DNA of 64,000 bases. Source: Candidatus Staskawiczbacteria bacterium. Lineage in GTDB: Bacteria; Patescibacteriota; Minisyncoccia; Minisyncoccales; Staskawiczbacteraceae. Positions 16,701 to 25,492 of the stretch are shown here, in pieces. The stretch is taken from contig JBAZUH010000001.1 in the NCBI GenBank assembly GCA_041661545.1, forward strand, positions 467,877-531,876, in the 5' to 3' direction. The first letter of the stretch is position 1. Each line of letters begins with the position of its first letter. The position numbers were made by a program, and so were the translations under genes. Under the pieces are notes generated by a model that was not told where the DNA came from, did no database searches, and saw only the letters and a program-made list of their open reading frames with translations.

Positions 16701-18911
16701 GTCTGACCCAGAGCCACCAGTTGCTGAATTAGAACCTGTGCCATAGTTGCTTCCCCCAGAAGATAATGAAATACCAGTTACTGTTCCCTGACCTGCTGAT
16801 ATACTAACTTCAAATCCAGAACCACTCCCGCCAGACGTACCAACAAAGCTATTAGAAGAATAATTAGTTCCGCCGTATGATACTGAAAATGATGTTACCT
16901 CACCACTACTGCCCACGCCACTAATGTAAATCGTAGCGTTATAGTCTCCTGAACTAATTGTAACTTCATTGCCCTCAGTATAGCCACTTCCTGCCATATA
17001 GGTACTTGCATCATAAACTACGCCATAAGGTCCATCCACAGATGTTACAGTAACATATCCATCATAATTACCGCCTTGAACAGTCAAAGAATCATTTTCT
17101 TGGAACCCATAACCACCTGAGTTGAGAGAAACGCTTGATATGCTACCTGTTCCTCCAGAAATTTCTGCTACGCTTATACTGCCGTCGCTATTCCCACCTG
17201 GGACTGAAATAACTTGACCTACTGAATAATAGCCATATCCTGCACTATTTAACGAAACACTCACCAATCCACTTGTATAAACAGGGTCTACAATATAGTC
17301 TATGTCAACACTTCCGATAATTTTTAAGTCAAATAAGTCGGTGGGGGTTTGGAGGTTGGTCAATAAAACTTTGTGGGTTTTGGCTTCAGCAATATTTTCA
17401 AACGTTGCAACTAGTGGGCCGTGTGTGACATTTCCGTTTTCATCGGTGTATGCAGGATAAACCTCTATTCTAGCTGGGTTGTTTGGGTCAGTTGCTTTGG
17501 CATGAATTGTATTATCATTTGTATTATCTAAAATGCCATCAAATGTAACTCTTACATATTGATTGTTGGTGATGGTGGTATAGTTGTTGTCTTGGAATCT
17601 TACTGTATCATATATATCAGCTAGTATATTTTGTTGTTCATCTAAGTGGAATGCTTGGGAGATAAAGATAATATTAAATACTTGGGTTGATAAATGAGGA
17701 ACTGTCCATTCAACATAGTCTAGTTTACCATTGTTATCTGTGTCGTAGGCATGAAATGCAACCTGCTGATTGCTTTCATTTTCCCATTGGATTTGTATTC
17801 TATTCTCTTGACCTACTTTAAATATTTCAGGAATCTTGGTTGAGGCTAATACGTCGGTAATTGGAGCTGCTGGGTTTTCTTCTACCGAGGAAACTGTTAC
17901 TTGTTGACCACTGTCAGTTACTTCGGCCACTATTTCGGTAGCTACAGTAGTATATTCTATGGCTACAAATTCTTCTGGAACATTTTCAACCACTGGGGTT
18001 ATTGCTAATTCTTCGGCTGGTGCTTCAATAGGTGTTTCTGTTGATGTTCCAACAGAAGTTTCTGATGATATAGGCTCCTCGGCCTGCACTTCTTCGGCTG
18101 GAACTTGTGCTAACATTTGTTCCGGTATTTCTGGCATTATCAATTCTTGGGTTGTAGCTTCTTCTAAAACTGGGGCTTCTGTTTCTTGCTCACTTGAATT
18201 TTGCTCTAATATAGCCTCAACAATTGGGGTTGTTTCTATTTCTGGTGCAATAGTTGTTGCTTCCAACGATATATCAACATAAGTGGCTTCTGGGGTTTGA
18301 GTAATTTCTTGTGTTTCTGAGTTGTTAGTAACTACTTCTGTGGCATTTTCTATGGCCTCTGACAAATCAGCAGATAAATATTTATAAACATTATTTAAAA
18401 AACCAGATAAAAATTTAAAAGAAGGACTTAACGATGCTGAAAATATTTGATTATTATTATTTGTTGGCAAAATTGCCAATTGTTGCCTTTGTGCTAAAGA
18501 CAATATTTTATTTGGCTTAGATGATAAAATTTGATTGGCTGTATTATTATTAATTGTGCTTACCTTAATATTCTTTGCATTTTGAGGAAGTTTTGCTAAA
18601 TATTTTCCATTTATAACTTCGCTTTTTGCTACTAAAGTAGTATATTTTACTTGCTGGCCTGCTACAACTTGCTCTTGCGGTATGGTAGTTGAACTAGCCA
18701 CCTTGTCTTTGGGTATTTCAGGAAGAAAAACAAAAACACCAGCCACTAAAAATGCAACCAAAGATAATGAAAACGTTGAAAACAGAGTGCGGTTGTGCTG
18801 TTTTTTTTCTTTTTTATACTTATAGGCCTGGACTAACTCATCGGGTATAACTATCTCATCAGAGGATAAATTTATATTAGTATCTATTTTTTTATTTTTT
18901 TCAGAAGTCAT
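13737..18911 (-). CDS. Giant cell-surface protein 2 (paralog of giant gene 1; beta-helix-like ITDISGT repeats, two or three Big_2-like domains, Cys-rich knots)
   Basis: 1724 aa. The N-terminal 560 aa or so are homologous to giant gene 1, including a 326-nt identical block. Repeats of about 20 aa (GTITDISGTxTN), Big_2-like segments and the same type of C-terminal tail. Confidence 0.9.
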   Translation of the reverse strand: MTSEKNKKIDTNINLSSDEIVIPDELVQAYKYKKEKKQHNRTLFSTFSLSLVAFLVAGVFVFLPEIPKDKVASSTTIPQEQVVAGQQVKYTTLVAKSEVINGKYLAKLPQNAKNIKVSTINNNTANQILSSKPNKILSLAQRQQLAILPTNNNNQIFSASLSPSFKFLSGFLNNVYKYLSADLSEAIENATEVVTNNSETQEITQTPEATYVDISLEATTIAPEIETTPIVEAILEQNSSEQETEAPVLEEATTQELIMPEIPEQMLAQVPAEEVQAEEPISSETSVGTSTETPIEAPAEELAITPVVENVPEEFVAIEYTTVATEIVAEVTDSGQQVTVSSVEENPAAPITDVLASTKIPEIFKVGQENRIQIQWENESNQQVAFHAYDTDNNGKLDYVEWTVPHLSTQVFNIIFISQAFHLDEQQNILADIYDTVRFQDNNYTTITNNQYVRVTFDGILDNTNDNTIHAKATDPNNPARIEVYPAYTDENGNVTHGPLVATFENIAEAKTHKVLLTNLQTPTDLFDLKIIGSVDIDYIVDPVYTSGLVSVSLNSAGYGYYSVGQVISVPGGNSDGSISVAEISGGTGSISSVSLNSGGYGFQENDSLTVQGGNYDGYVTVTSVDGPYGVVYDASTYMAGSGYTEGNEVTISSGDYNATIYISGVGSSGEVTSFSVSYGGTNYSSNSFVGTSGGSGSGFEVSISAGQGTVTGISLSSGGSNYGTGSNSATGGSGSDCSINIDSIAGTISSISISAPGTGYSVTSGVSLDMNGLAIDITAVDAEPLYTWVGSYSTDWNDSSNWQDYVVPPEGTSVQIVDSAMNSPVIPSGTSVTILNLTISSSSGYYLINQGTIVDITGTISFTGSASQAILNQGLITNISGTFDNSSGNIGIYNDTSGIITDITGTITNSGAGNIISNYGTITDISGALTISGGGNGIVNNVYAIITDISGTVINSNGGISNYGTITDISGTFTNTSVVGITNNANAVITDISGTFTNNANNYGIYNLGTITNISGAVENTDASGYGIVNNDGATISNISGTVTNSGAGYGVYNSGTITVTNTATINNTSSGVGFVVYDGVVNGAGTITGNITVEAAGTLNLNAGLTIVGTITNNSGTVTPVTSFDCTSINKVLGADNLSNAMCVLPLTTSVGTCGTITSSGTYTLTTDLSVSSGNCIVISASNVTLSGGSSYSINVSGSGRGVYVSGSVTGVTIASITINSSGDTSYGVFNGGTITNISGTINNSDNGSGIYNGGAITDISGTVANTLTGYGIDNHGSIANITGTLTNTGDGWGIDNSGDIYAGNYVVSAINQIVGTIYGGTYTSTVDNYGTIDMTGSAYGPPDFTGATVTDYSGTYLCSEGYTWDTNQCVEIPPAPPAANGEACTVGGDCSSAFCTSNGYCSDMSAGSVCAINDDCDFGLECADGVCAEIAPEDTLVSSITVSGAESATTVVNGSTLQMSVSILPVDATDQTVTWSKTDGTGTATINSSGLLTATGVGAVTVRATANDGSNVYGELEITVTTLNISVTGVTLDDSTASILVDATHQLTSTVAPDNATDSSVTWSSSNTSVATVSDTGLVTAISAGTATITVTTTDGDHTATATITVPTVGGGGGGSYTATSIVPLAIDAIQTTSQSIMIYMGQALDEIRKSIGLLRLNFITPAQPTTGPDNLQPNTLPLNQTPTSTPTSEENRSAVINIYEKIINTLISILGMYIGGESAQ

Positions 18912-18935
18912 TGATTTAGTATTTAATAATAAAAA

Positions 18936-19424
18936 CTATTTTGTTATAATATTGCATTCATTTTCACTAAAAAATATTTTACACATATTATTTAACAAAC
19001 TCATTGTACTTTCTATTGGTAAATCGTTAGTGTTGGCCACTTCTTCTAATGATAACATCCCTTTTTGCAAATTTTCTAAAGAAATAATTTTTAAATTATC
19101 TAATCTTACCCACCCGGCTTTTTCAGACCAAACCCATCCAGAAACCATGCCATCTAAATTAACGCTTGCGCCTCCGTAATTAGGGTTAAAATTAATCCAT
19201 CCAACATTTTGCGAATATCCATAACCAATTAAATTGTTTTCGTTATCTTTTATAATTTTATAATCAATTAAATTACATGAATCTGTGTTTAAACAATTTA
19301 AAGATATCCAGCCTGCATTTTCAGAATAAATATACCCTACTATATCTTGGCTATTTGCGCTAACAAGAAAAGCAAAACTAATACTTATTAGTATAAAGAA
19401 TAATAGAATAGTTAATTTTGGCAT
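18936..19424 (-). CDS. Secreted repeat protein (SENxGWIxxN repeats)
   Basis: Signal peptide followed by three repeats: SENAGWISLN, SQNVGWINFN and SEKAGWVRLD. Confidence 0.55.
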   Translation of the reverse strand: MPKLTILLFFILISISFAFLVSANSQDIVGYIYSENAGWISLNCLNTDSCNLIDYKIIKDNENNLIGYGYSQNVGWINFNPNYGGASVNLDGMVSGWVWSEKAGWVRLDNLKIISLENLQKGMLSLEEVANTNDLPIESTMSLLNNMCKIFFSENECNIITK

Positions 19425-19516
19425 AAGTATAATTTTTATAAAAAACTTTTAAATATATTATATTATTATACGTCCTATATATTTTTTAGCAAGCATTACA
19501 CCTGTGCATAAACTAT

Positions 19517-19541
19517 AAAAAAACCCCGCTAAGCGGGGTTA
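19517..19541 (-). terminator. Intrinsic terminator of the GT2 gene
   Basis: Minus strand reads CCCCGCttagGCGGGG followed by a T-run. The same CCCCGCTAAGCGGGG core recurs at about 29900. Confidence 0.7.
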
Positions 19542-19563
19542 ATATTTTTTATAATATAGAAAA

Positions 19564-21102
19564 TTATTTCCTTACCTTCTCGGTAACCCAAAATCCCATG
19601 TATTTGCCTAACATTAAACGAATTTGTGCATCTAGCGCGGGCATAGAACCAAAAACAATTAAAGTAATGGGCAAAAATAGCCACTGCAAAAATACCGATG
19701 ATTTTTTAAACCATCTTATATACCACTTCATATTTTTGGGCACAGGGGGCAAAAGCATTGTACTTAAAATTGCAGAAATAAGCATGCCCACCATTGAAAA
19801 TGTCATAATTTGACCAGTTAAAATTGGTAAATTAAAAGACAAAACAGAAAAGTTAAATTGATTGCCACCTAACAATATAGGCAACCAACCTAACAAAAAT
19901 AAAAGTAAAGCAGCGGTTGCCCAAGACCAAAAACCGTCAATAATTGTATAAAGATGGCCTATTTTTTCTTTTAAAGGTATTTCTTTATTGTTTAAAAAAG
20001 CAAACATCAAATAAGGAATTTCGGCGCAACCCCATGCCCAGCGTTTTTGTTGCTTATATTGATTTAAAACTGTTTTCCATGAATTTTTTGCCATTACCGC
20101 ATCCATAGAAACCAAATAATATATAGGAACCACTCTATAATTTCCGTTGTAATACAAATAAGCTCGCCAAAAAATTCTAGAGTCATCTGAAACAACATTT
20201 GCAGGATATCCAACTTCAAAAAAAGTTTTTGCTGGCGTTGAGTGCGAAGAATAAGTTGTAAGTTTTTCCTCTCTTTCTTGCTGTATCATTTGCCAAAAAG
20301 TATTAGAAGTAGAAACCACTCTAGAAAAAAAGTTAACTGTCCAAATATTGTTATTATAAACTGGCACTGGCTGATAACTGGCAAATTCAGCATCTTTTTC
20401 TGTTAAATAATACCAAGTTAAGCAAGCAAAATACTGTGGAAAAATTTTTGTATCAACATCAAATGTTGAAATTAAAATATTTTCATAAGGAATATTTAAT
20501 TTATCTATAATTTTTTCTTTAACTTCTTTTCCTGCATGTGCAGTATTTGACCCCTTGCCACTTATTTCGCCCACCAATCCATCTGGATGTACAGAAACTA
20601 AAAATTTATAAAATTTGGTTGAATATTTATTAGCAATAATGTTGGCTTGGTCTTCAAAAAATTTTCCAGCTCTTTGTTCTACAGCTAAAACTATTATCAT
20701 TCTTTCTTTAGGATAATTAGATTCTATTAAAGTATTTAAACTCTCCTCTATAAGTTCTTTTCCTTCTCCATAGGTTGGAAGAATAATTACATGATAAATA
20801 TCTTTCCATCGTAACTGCTTTAAATCTTTTAACCAATCTTTTTTCATATGCAACTTAACTTTAAAATAACCTACTACTTGATGCAAAGAAAAATAAAAAA
20901 CTCTAAAAAGATAATAAAAACAAAAACATATAACAAAAATTGCCACTCCCGAAGGAAATAACCATGAAAAAACAAACACACCTAAAAGTGTGCCCAAACT
21001 TAACATTGCAGGAATCATTTCAAAAAATCTATATAATCTCCTGTCTTTTTTATTTTTTATATCTGAAGCTTTAGAAATGTCCAGATAATCTTTTTTCTCC
21101 AT
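19564..21102 (-). CDS. Processive family-2 glycosyltransferase (cellulose/chitin-synthase-like, multi-TM)
   Basis: VIILPTYGEG, FDVDT and the QQKRWAWG (QxxRW) motif, with flanking TM helices. Confidence 0.8.
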   Translation of the reverse strand: MEKKDYLDISKASDIKNKKDRRLYRFFEMIPAMLSLGTLLGVFVFSWLFPSGVAIFVICFCFYYLFRVFYFSLHQVVGYFKVKLHMKKDWLKDLKQLRWKDIYHVIILPTYGEGKELIEESLNTLIESNYPKERMIIVLAVEQRAGKFFEDQANIIANKYSTKFYKFLVSVHPDGLVGEISGKGSNTAHAGKEVKEKIIDKLNIPYENILISTFDVDTKIFPQYFACLTWYYLTEKDAEFASYQPVPVYNNNIWTVNFFSRVVSTSNTFWQMIQQEREEKLTTYSSHSTPAKTFFEVGYPANVVSDDSRIFWRAYLYYNGNYRVVPIYYLVSMDAVMAKNSWKTVLNQYKQQKRWAWGCAEIPYLMFAFLNNKEIPLKEKIGHLYTIIDGFWSWATAALLLFLLGWLPILLGGNQFNFSVLSFNLPILTGQIMTFSMVGMLISAILSTMLLPPVPKNMKWYIRWFKKSSVFLQWLFLPITLIVFGSMPALDAQIRLMLGKYMGFWVTEKVRK

Positions 21103-21115
21103 ATAAAAATGAAAG

Positions 21116-21190
21116 TGGCCCTACCGGGATTTGAACCCGGGTTTTATGCTTGAAAAGCACGCGTCCTAGACCAGGCTAGACGATAGGGCC
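21116..21190 (-). tRNA. tRNA-Glu(UUC)
   Basis: The reverse complement folds with acceptor GGCCCTA/TAGGGCC, anticodon loop TTTTCAA and T-loop TTCAAAT. Confidence 0.85.
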
Positions 21191-21269
21191 ATGTCTAATA
21201 TCTCATTAACAATAAATAAATCTTAACTTAAAAATTGAAAAAAGGCAAGTTCTATAGTATAACTACCCT

Positions 21270-22442
21270 ATGAAAATCCTATCAATAGAAACATCTTGCG
21301 ACGACACAGGAATTGCCGTTTTAGAAATCTCAAAAAATGGCGATTTTAACATTTTATCAAATATTGTTGCTTCTCAAATAAAAGTTCACCAAAAATATGG
21401 CGGGGTTTATCCTGCAATGGCAAAAAGAGAACACCAAAAAAATTTAATACCAACCTTTATTAAAGCCCTAAGAAAATCTAATTTACTAAAAAATAACGAG
21501 CTAAAACAAAATTTTGATTTTCAAAGTTTAAATAATATTTTAGAACGTGAGCCAGAACTATACAAAAACTTAGTTTCTTTTTTAAAAAAATACACAAAAC
21601 CAAACATAGATTTAATTGCTGTAACTAATGGCCCAGGTTTAGAGCCATGTTTATGGGTTGGAGTTAATTTTGCAAAAGCTATTTCTTTTGCATGGAATAT
21701 TCCCGTTGTGCCAGCAAATCATATTGAAGGTCATATTTTAGTTAACCTTCTAAACCCTAAACCCTACACCCTAAACCCTACTCTATTCCCTGCTATTGCA
21801 TTAGTGGTAAGCGGAGGTCATACGCAAATTATTTTGGTAAAAAAGATTGGCAGCTATAAAATACTTGGCGAAACAAGAGACGATGCAGCCGGAGAATGCT
21901 TTGATAAATGTGCAAAAATTTTAGGATTAGGTTATCCTGGCGGACCAATTATTGCTAAAATGGCAGAAAAAGTCGGTGGGATGTCGGACGTCCCACCGCT
22001 TCCACGCCCAATGATTAATACAAAAGATTACGATTTTAGTTTTTCTGGATTAAAAACTGCAGTTTTATACGCAGATAGAAAAGTTGACCCTTCGACACGG
22101 CTCAGGGCGAGCTATAAACGTAAAATGTCTGCCGAAGTTCAGCAAGCCATAATTGATGTTTTAATTAAAAAAACAATTAAAGCTGTAAAAGATTTTAAAG
22201 TAAAGTCTTTAATTTTAGGAGGAGGAGTTTCAGCTAATCAAGAATTAAAAAAACAATTTCAATTAGAAATTGAAAAAAATAAACTAAAAGTTAAATTAAT
22301 ATATCCAGCGCCTAATTTATCAACAGACAACGGAGCAATGATAGCAGTTGCAGGATTTTATCACCTGCCTGCCGGCAGGCAGGTAAAAAAACTCGCCAAC
22401 TGGAAAAAAATTAATGCCAATGGTAATTTACGAATAGATTAA
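21270..22442 (+). CDS. tsaD: tRNA N6-adenosine threonylcarbamoyltransferase TsaD (Kae1/Gcp)
   Basis: ILSIETSCDDTGIAV, HIEGH, VVSGGHTQI and GGGVSAN. It carries several GC-rich in-frame inserts. Confidence 0.9.
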   Translation: MKILSIETSCDDTGIAVLEISKNGDFNILSNIVASQIKVHQKYGGVYPAMAKREHQKNLIPTFIKALRKSNLLKNNELKQNFDFQSLNNILEREPELYKNLVSFLKKYTKPNIDLIAVTNGPGLEPCLWVGVNFAKAISFAWNIPVVPANHIEGHILVNLLNPKPYTLNPTLFPAIALVVSGGHTQIILVKKIGSYKILGETRDDAAGECFDKCAKILGLGYPGGPIIAKMAEKVGGMSDVPPLPRPMINTKDYDFSFSGLKTAVLYADRKVDPSTRLRASYKRKMSAEVQQAIIDVLIKKTIKAVKDFKVKSLILGGGVSANQELKKQFQLEIEKNKLKVKLIYPAPNLSTDNGAMIAVAGFYHLPAGRQVKKLANWKKINANGNLRID

Positions 22443-22445
22443 TTC

Positions 22446-24632
22446 GTGATAAAATTTAAAAATATGGAACTACCATCTTCTTATAACTCAAAAGAGGTTG
22501 AAGATAAAATTTATCAGCTTTGGGAAAAAAGCGGTTTTTTTAATCCAGACAAACTTGGCAAAAATTATAAAAAACCGTTTACAATAATAATGCCTCCAAC
22601 TAATGCCAACGGAAACTTACATGCCGGGCATGCTTTGGTTATGACAATAGAAGACATAATGACCCGCTATAAAAGAATGCAAGGTTTCAAAACTTTGTGG
22701 TTGCCAGGATTAGATCATGCTGGTTTTGAAACACAAGTAGTTTATGAAAAACAACTAGAAAAAGAAGGTAAAAGTAGATTTAAAATGACCCCCGAAGAAC
22801 TTTATAAAGAAATTGCTGAATTTACAGATAAAAATAAAAAAAATATCAATTCACAAGTAAAAAAAATGGGTTCTTCTTGCGACTGGTCACGAGAAAAATT
22901 TACATTAGATACTGATATAATAAAAATTGTTTACAATACGTTTGAAAAACTATATAAAGATAACTTAATTTATAAAGGTAAAAAAATAATAAATTGGTGC
23001 CCAAAACATCAAACTTCCCTATCAGATTTAGAAACCGCAGACACAGAAAAAAATGATAAATTTTATTATTTAAAATATGGGCCATTTACAATTGCCACCG
23101 CCCGTCCAGAAACAAAATTTGGTGATAAATATGTTGTAATGCATCCAAAAGATAAAAGATATTCAGATTATAAAAACGGTCAAAAAATAGAATTAGAGTG
23201 GATAAACGGGCCAATAACCGCCACCATTATAAAAGATGAAGCCATAGATATGGATTTTGGAACAGGAGTTATGACAATTACTCCTTGGCATGACGCCGTA
23301 GACTTTGAAATTGCCCAAAGACATACTTTAGAAAAAGAACAAATTATAGATTTTTATGGAAAACTTTTACCAATTGCAGGAGAGTTTTCTGGCATGAAAA
23401 TTTTAGAAGCCAGGCCATTAATTATTGAAAAATTACAAGCAAAAGGTTTGGTAGAAAAAATTGAAGAGAATTATAAACACGTTGTAAAAACTTGTTATAA
23501 ATGCAATTCATTAATTGAGCCTCAAATAAAAGAACAATGGTTTTTGAAAATGAAACCATTGGCTGAACCAGCTATAAAAGCCATAGAAAAAAATCAGATA
23601 AAAATTATTCCCGAGCATTATAAAAAAATTGCCCTGCATTGGCTAAATAACATTATAGATTGGAATATATCACGACAAATTGTTTGGGGCATACCAATAC
23701 CTGCAAAAACCTGCGAAAAATGTAAAGAAATTTATATTGATATTGAAAATAAATTCACAGAGTGCAAAAAATGTGGAGGAGCTCTAAAAAAAGAAACAGA
23801 TACTTTTGATACTTGGTTTTCTTCTGGGCAATGGCCTTATGCTGTTTTAGGTTTTCCAAAAAATAAAGATTTCAAAACTTTTTATCCAACCGATGTTATG
23901 GAAACCGGAGGAGATTTAATTTTCTTTTGGGTAAGCAGAATGATTATGTTTTCACTTTATAATACAGGCAAAATACCATTTAAAAATGTTTATTTGCACG
24001 GTTTGGTTATGGATGCCAAGGGGCAAAAAATGTCCAAATCTAAAGGAAATGTTATTAATCCTTTAGATTTAACGGAAAAATTTGGCACCGATGCTTTAAG
24101 AATGGCTTTAGTGGTTGGAAATACTCCTGGCACTTCCCTTCCATTAGATGAAAATAGAATAAAAGGATACAGAAATTTTGCCACAAAAATTTGGAACGCT
24201 TCAAGATTTGTATTAATGAATTTAGATGGCTACCCTTCGGCAAGCTCAGGGCAAGTAAAAATACTGTTTAGCGCAAATGACAAAAAATTAATAAGTGATT
24301 TTAAAAAACAATCAAAACAAATAACCAAAGAAATGGATGGTTTTAAATTTTATGTAGCATCAGAAAAAATATACCATTATTTTTGGCATACATTTTGCGA
24401 TAAAATTATTGAAGAGCAAAAACCACGATTATTGGGGCAAGACAAAAAAGAACGCATGGCTAGCCAGCATCTTTTAATTACCTTGCTATCTGAATCTTTA
24501 AAAATTTTACATCCCTTTATGCCTTTTATAACCGAAGAAATTTATCAACAGCTTCCTGTTAAGAACCTGCCTACCGGCAGGCAGGCAAAAAAAAGTTGCC
24601 TAATGATAGAAAATTGGCCTGCGACAAAATAA
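22446..24632 (+). CDS. valS: Valyl-tRNA synthetase (short form without the C-terminal coiled coil)
   Basis: PPTNANGNLHAGH (HIGH-type), DWNISRQIVWGIPIP and KMSKSKGN. An alternative ATG start exists at 22464. Confidence 0.9.
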   Translation: MIKFKNMELPSSYNSKEVEDKIYQLWEKSGFFNPDKLGKNYKKPFTIIMPPTNANGNLHAGHALVMTIEDIMTRYKRMQGFKTLWLPGLDHAGFETQVVYEKQLEKEGKSRFKMTPEELYKEIAEFTDKNKKNINSQVKKMGSSCDWSREKFTLDTDIIKIVYNTFEKLYKDNLIYKGKKIINWCPKHQTSLSDLETADTEKNDKFYYLKYGPFTIATARPETKFGDKYVVMHPKDKRYSDYKNGQKIELEWINGPITATIIKDEAIDMDFGTGVMTITPWHDAVDFEIAQRHTLEKEQIIDFYGKLLPIAGEFSGMKILEARPLIIEKLQAKGLVEKIEENYKHVVKTCYKCNSLIEPQIKEQWFLKMKPLAEPAIKAIEKNQIKIIPEHYKKIALHWLNNIIDWNISRQIVWGIPIPAKTCEKCKEIYIDIENKFTECKKCGGALKKETDTFDTWFSSGQWPYAVLGFPKNKDFKTFYPTDVMETGGDLIFFWVSRMIMFSLYNTGKIPFKNVYLHGLVMDAKGQKMSKSKGNVINPLDLTEKFGTDALRMALVVGNTPGTSLPLDENRIKGYRNFATKIWNASRFVLMNLDGYPSASSGQVKILFSANDKKLISDFKKQSKQITKEMDGFKFYVASEKIYHYFWHTFCDKIIEEQKPRLLGQDKKERMASQHLLITLLSESLKILHPFMPFITEEIYQQLPVKNLPTGRQAKKSCLMIENWPATK

Positions 24633-24713
24633 TGGGCTAGCTCTTGCACATATTTTGCAATTTACCTATAATAAAATAAAGATTATAAGCTAATAAACTT
24701 AAAAAATAAAATC

Positions 24714-25178
24714 ATGCCAAGAAAAACAAAAAAAGCAATCTTAGTTGAGGAACCAGAAACACCAACTGACGATACTACAACTACGCCAGTTGAAACACCA
24801 GTAGAAGCGCAAAGCGCTACTTCACCCGAAGGCATATTTGATCAAGACGGAGAACTTGTAGTAGATGTTTTTGAAACAAAAGCAGATTTTGTTGTTTTAG
24901 CAGCCATTGCTGGAGTGCAAATAAAAGATCTTGATATATCTTTAGAAAAAGAAATGATGATTATTAAAGGAAATAGGTGCGATCCAAACTCACATCCAGA
25001 TAAAAAATATTTTTATCAAGAATGTTATTGGGGGCCATTTTCCCGAAAAGTTGTTTTGCCAGAAAATATTGATATAGATGGTGCTGATGCACAAATTGAT
25101 AAAGGAATTTTAACAATTAAAATACCTAAAAACGAGCCCACCAATGGAAATGGAAAAATTGGCATAAAAGTAAGCTAA
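24714..25178 (+). CDS. Hsp20/alpha-crystallin family small heat-shock protein
   Basis: The ACD core (DVFETKADFVVLAAIAGV..., FSRKVVLPENID, GILTIKIPK). Confidence 0.9.
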   Translation: MPRKTKKAILVEEPETPTDDTTTTPVETPVEAQSATSPEGIFDQDGELVVDVFETKADFVVLAAIAGVQIKDLDISLEKEMMIIKGNRCDPNSHPDKKYFYQECYWGPFSRKVVLPENIDIDGADAQIDKGILTIKIPKNEPTNGNGKIGIKVS

Positions 25179-25225
25179 ACTTAAAAAAAATTCAAAAAGT
25201 CACTTTTAAAAGTGGCTTTTTATTT

Positions 25226-25310
25226 TGGTGCTCCTGAGAGGACTCGAACCTCTAACCCTTGCGGGACGTGCTTCTAAGGCACGCGCGTATACCAATTCCG
25301 CCACAGGAGC
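25226..25310 (-). tRNA. tRNA-Leu(UAG), CCA encoded
   Basis: Acceptor GCTCCTG/CAGGAGC, anticodon stem-loop CGTGC-CTTAGAA-GCACG, long variable arm. Confidence 0.9.
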
Positions 25311-25392
25311 AAAATAATAACTATTAAACATAGTATAACAAAATAAATAAATTTTATCAATTAAAATCATAAAAAAATAGATATAAAAATAC

Positions 25393-25422
25393 TTGACAGT
25401 TAAACATATAATATGATATAAT
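25393..25422 (+). promoter_or_regulatory. Extended -10 sigma70-type promoter of GC-rich cassette gene 1
   Basis: TTGACA (25393..25398), an 18-nt spacer, then TGaTATAAT (ending at 25422). It is followed by a leader hairpin TTTCTGACcagtgcGTCAGAAA. Confidence 0.65.
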
Positions 25423-25492
25423 CACACATCGTGGTTCATTGACATAAATAAAAGCTTTACCTTTTTCTGACCAGTGCGTCAGAAAGCTTTCC

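Noticed and set aside
11432-17909. Diversity-generating retroelement (TR/VR pair) as an explanation for the repeated block in the giant genes
   Set aside because: The two copies are 100% identical with no adenine-specific mismatches, and no reverse transcriptase gene lies in the window. Gene conversion is the simpler explanation.
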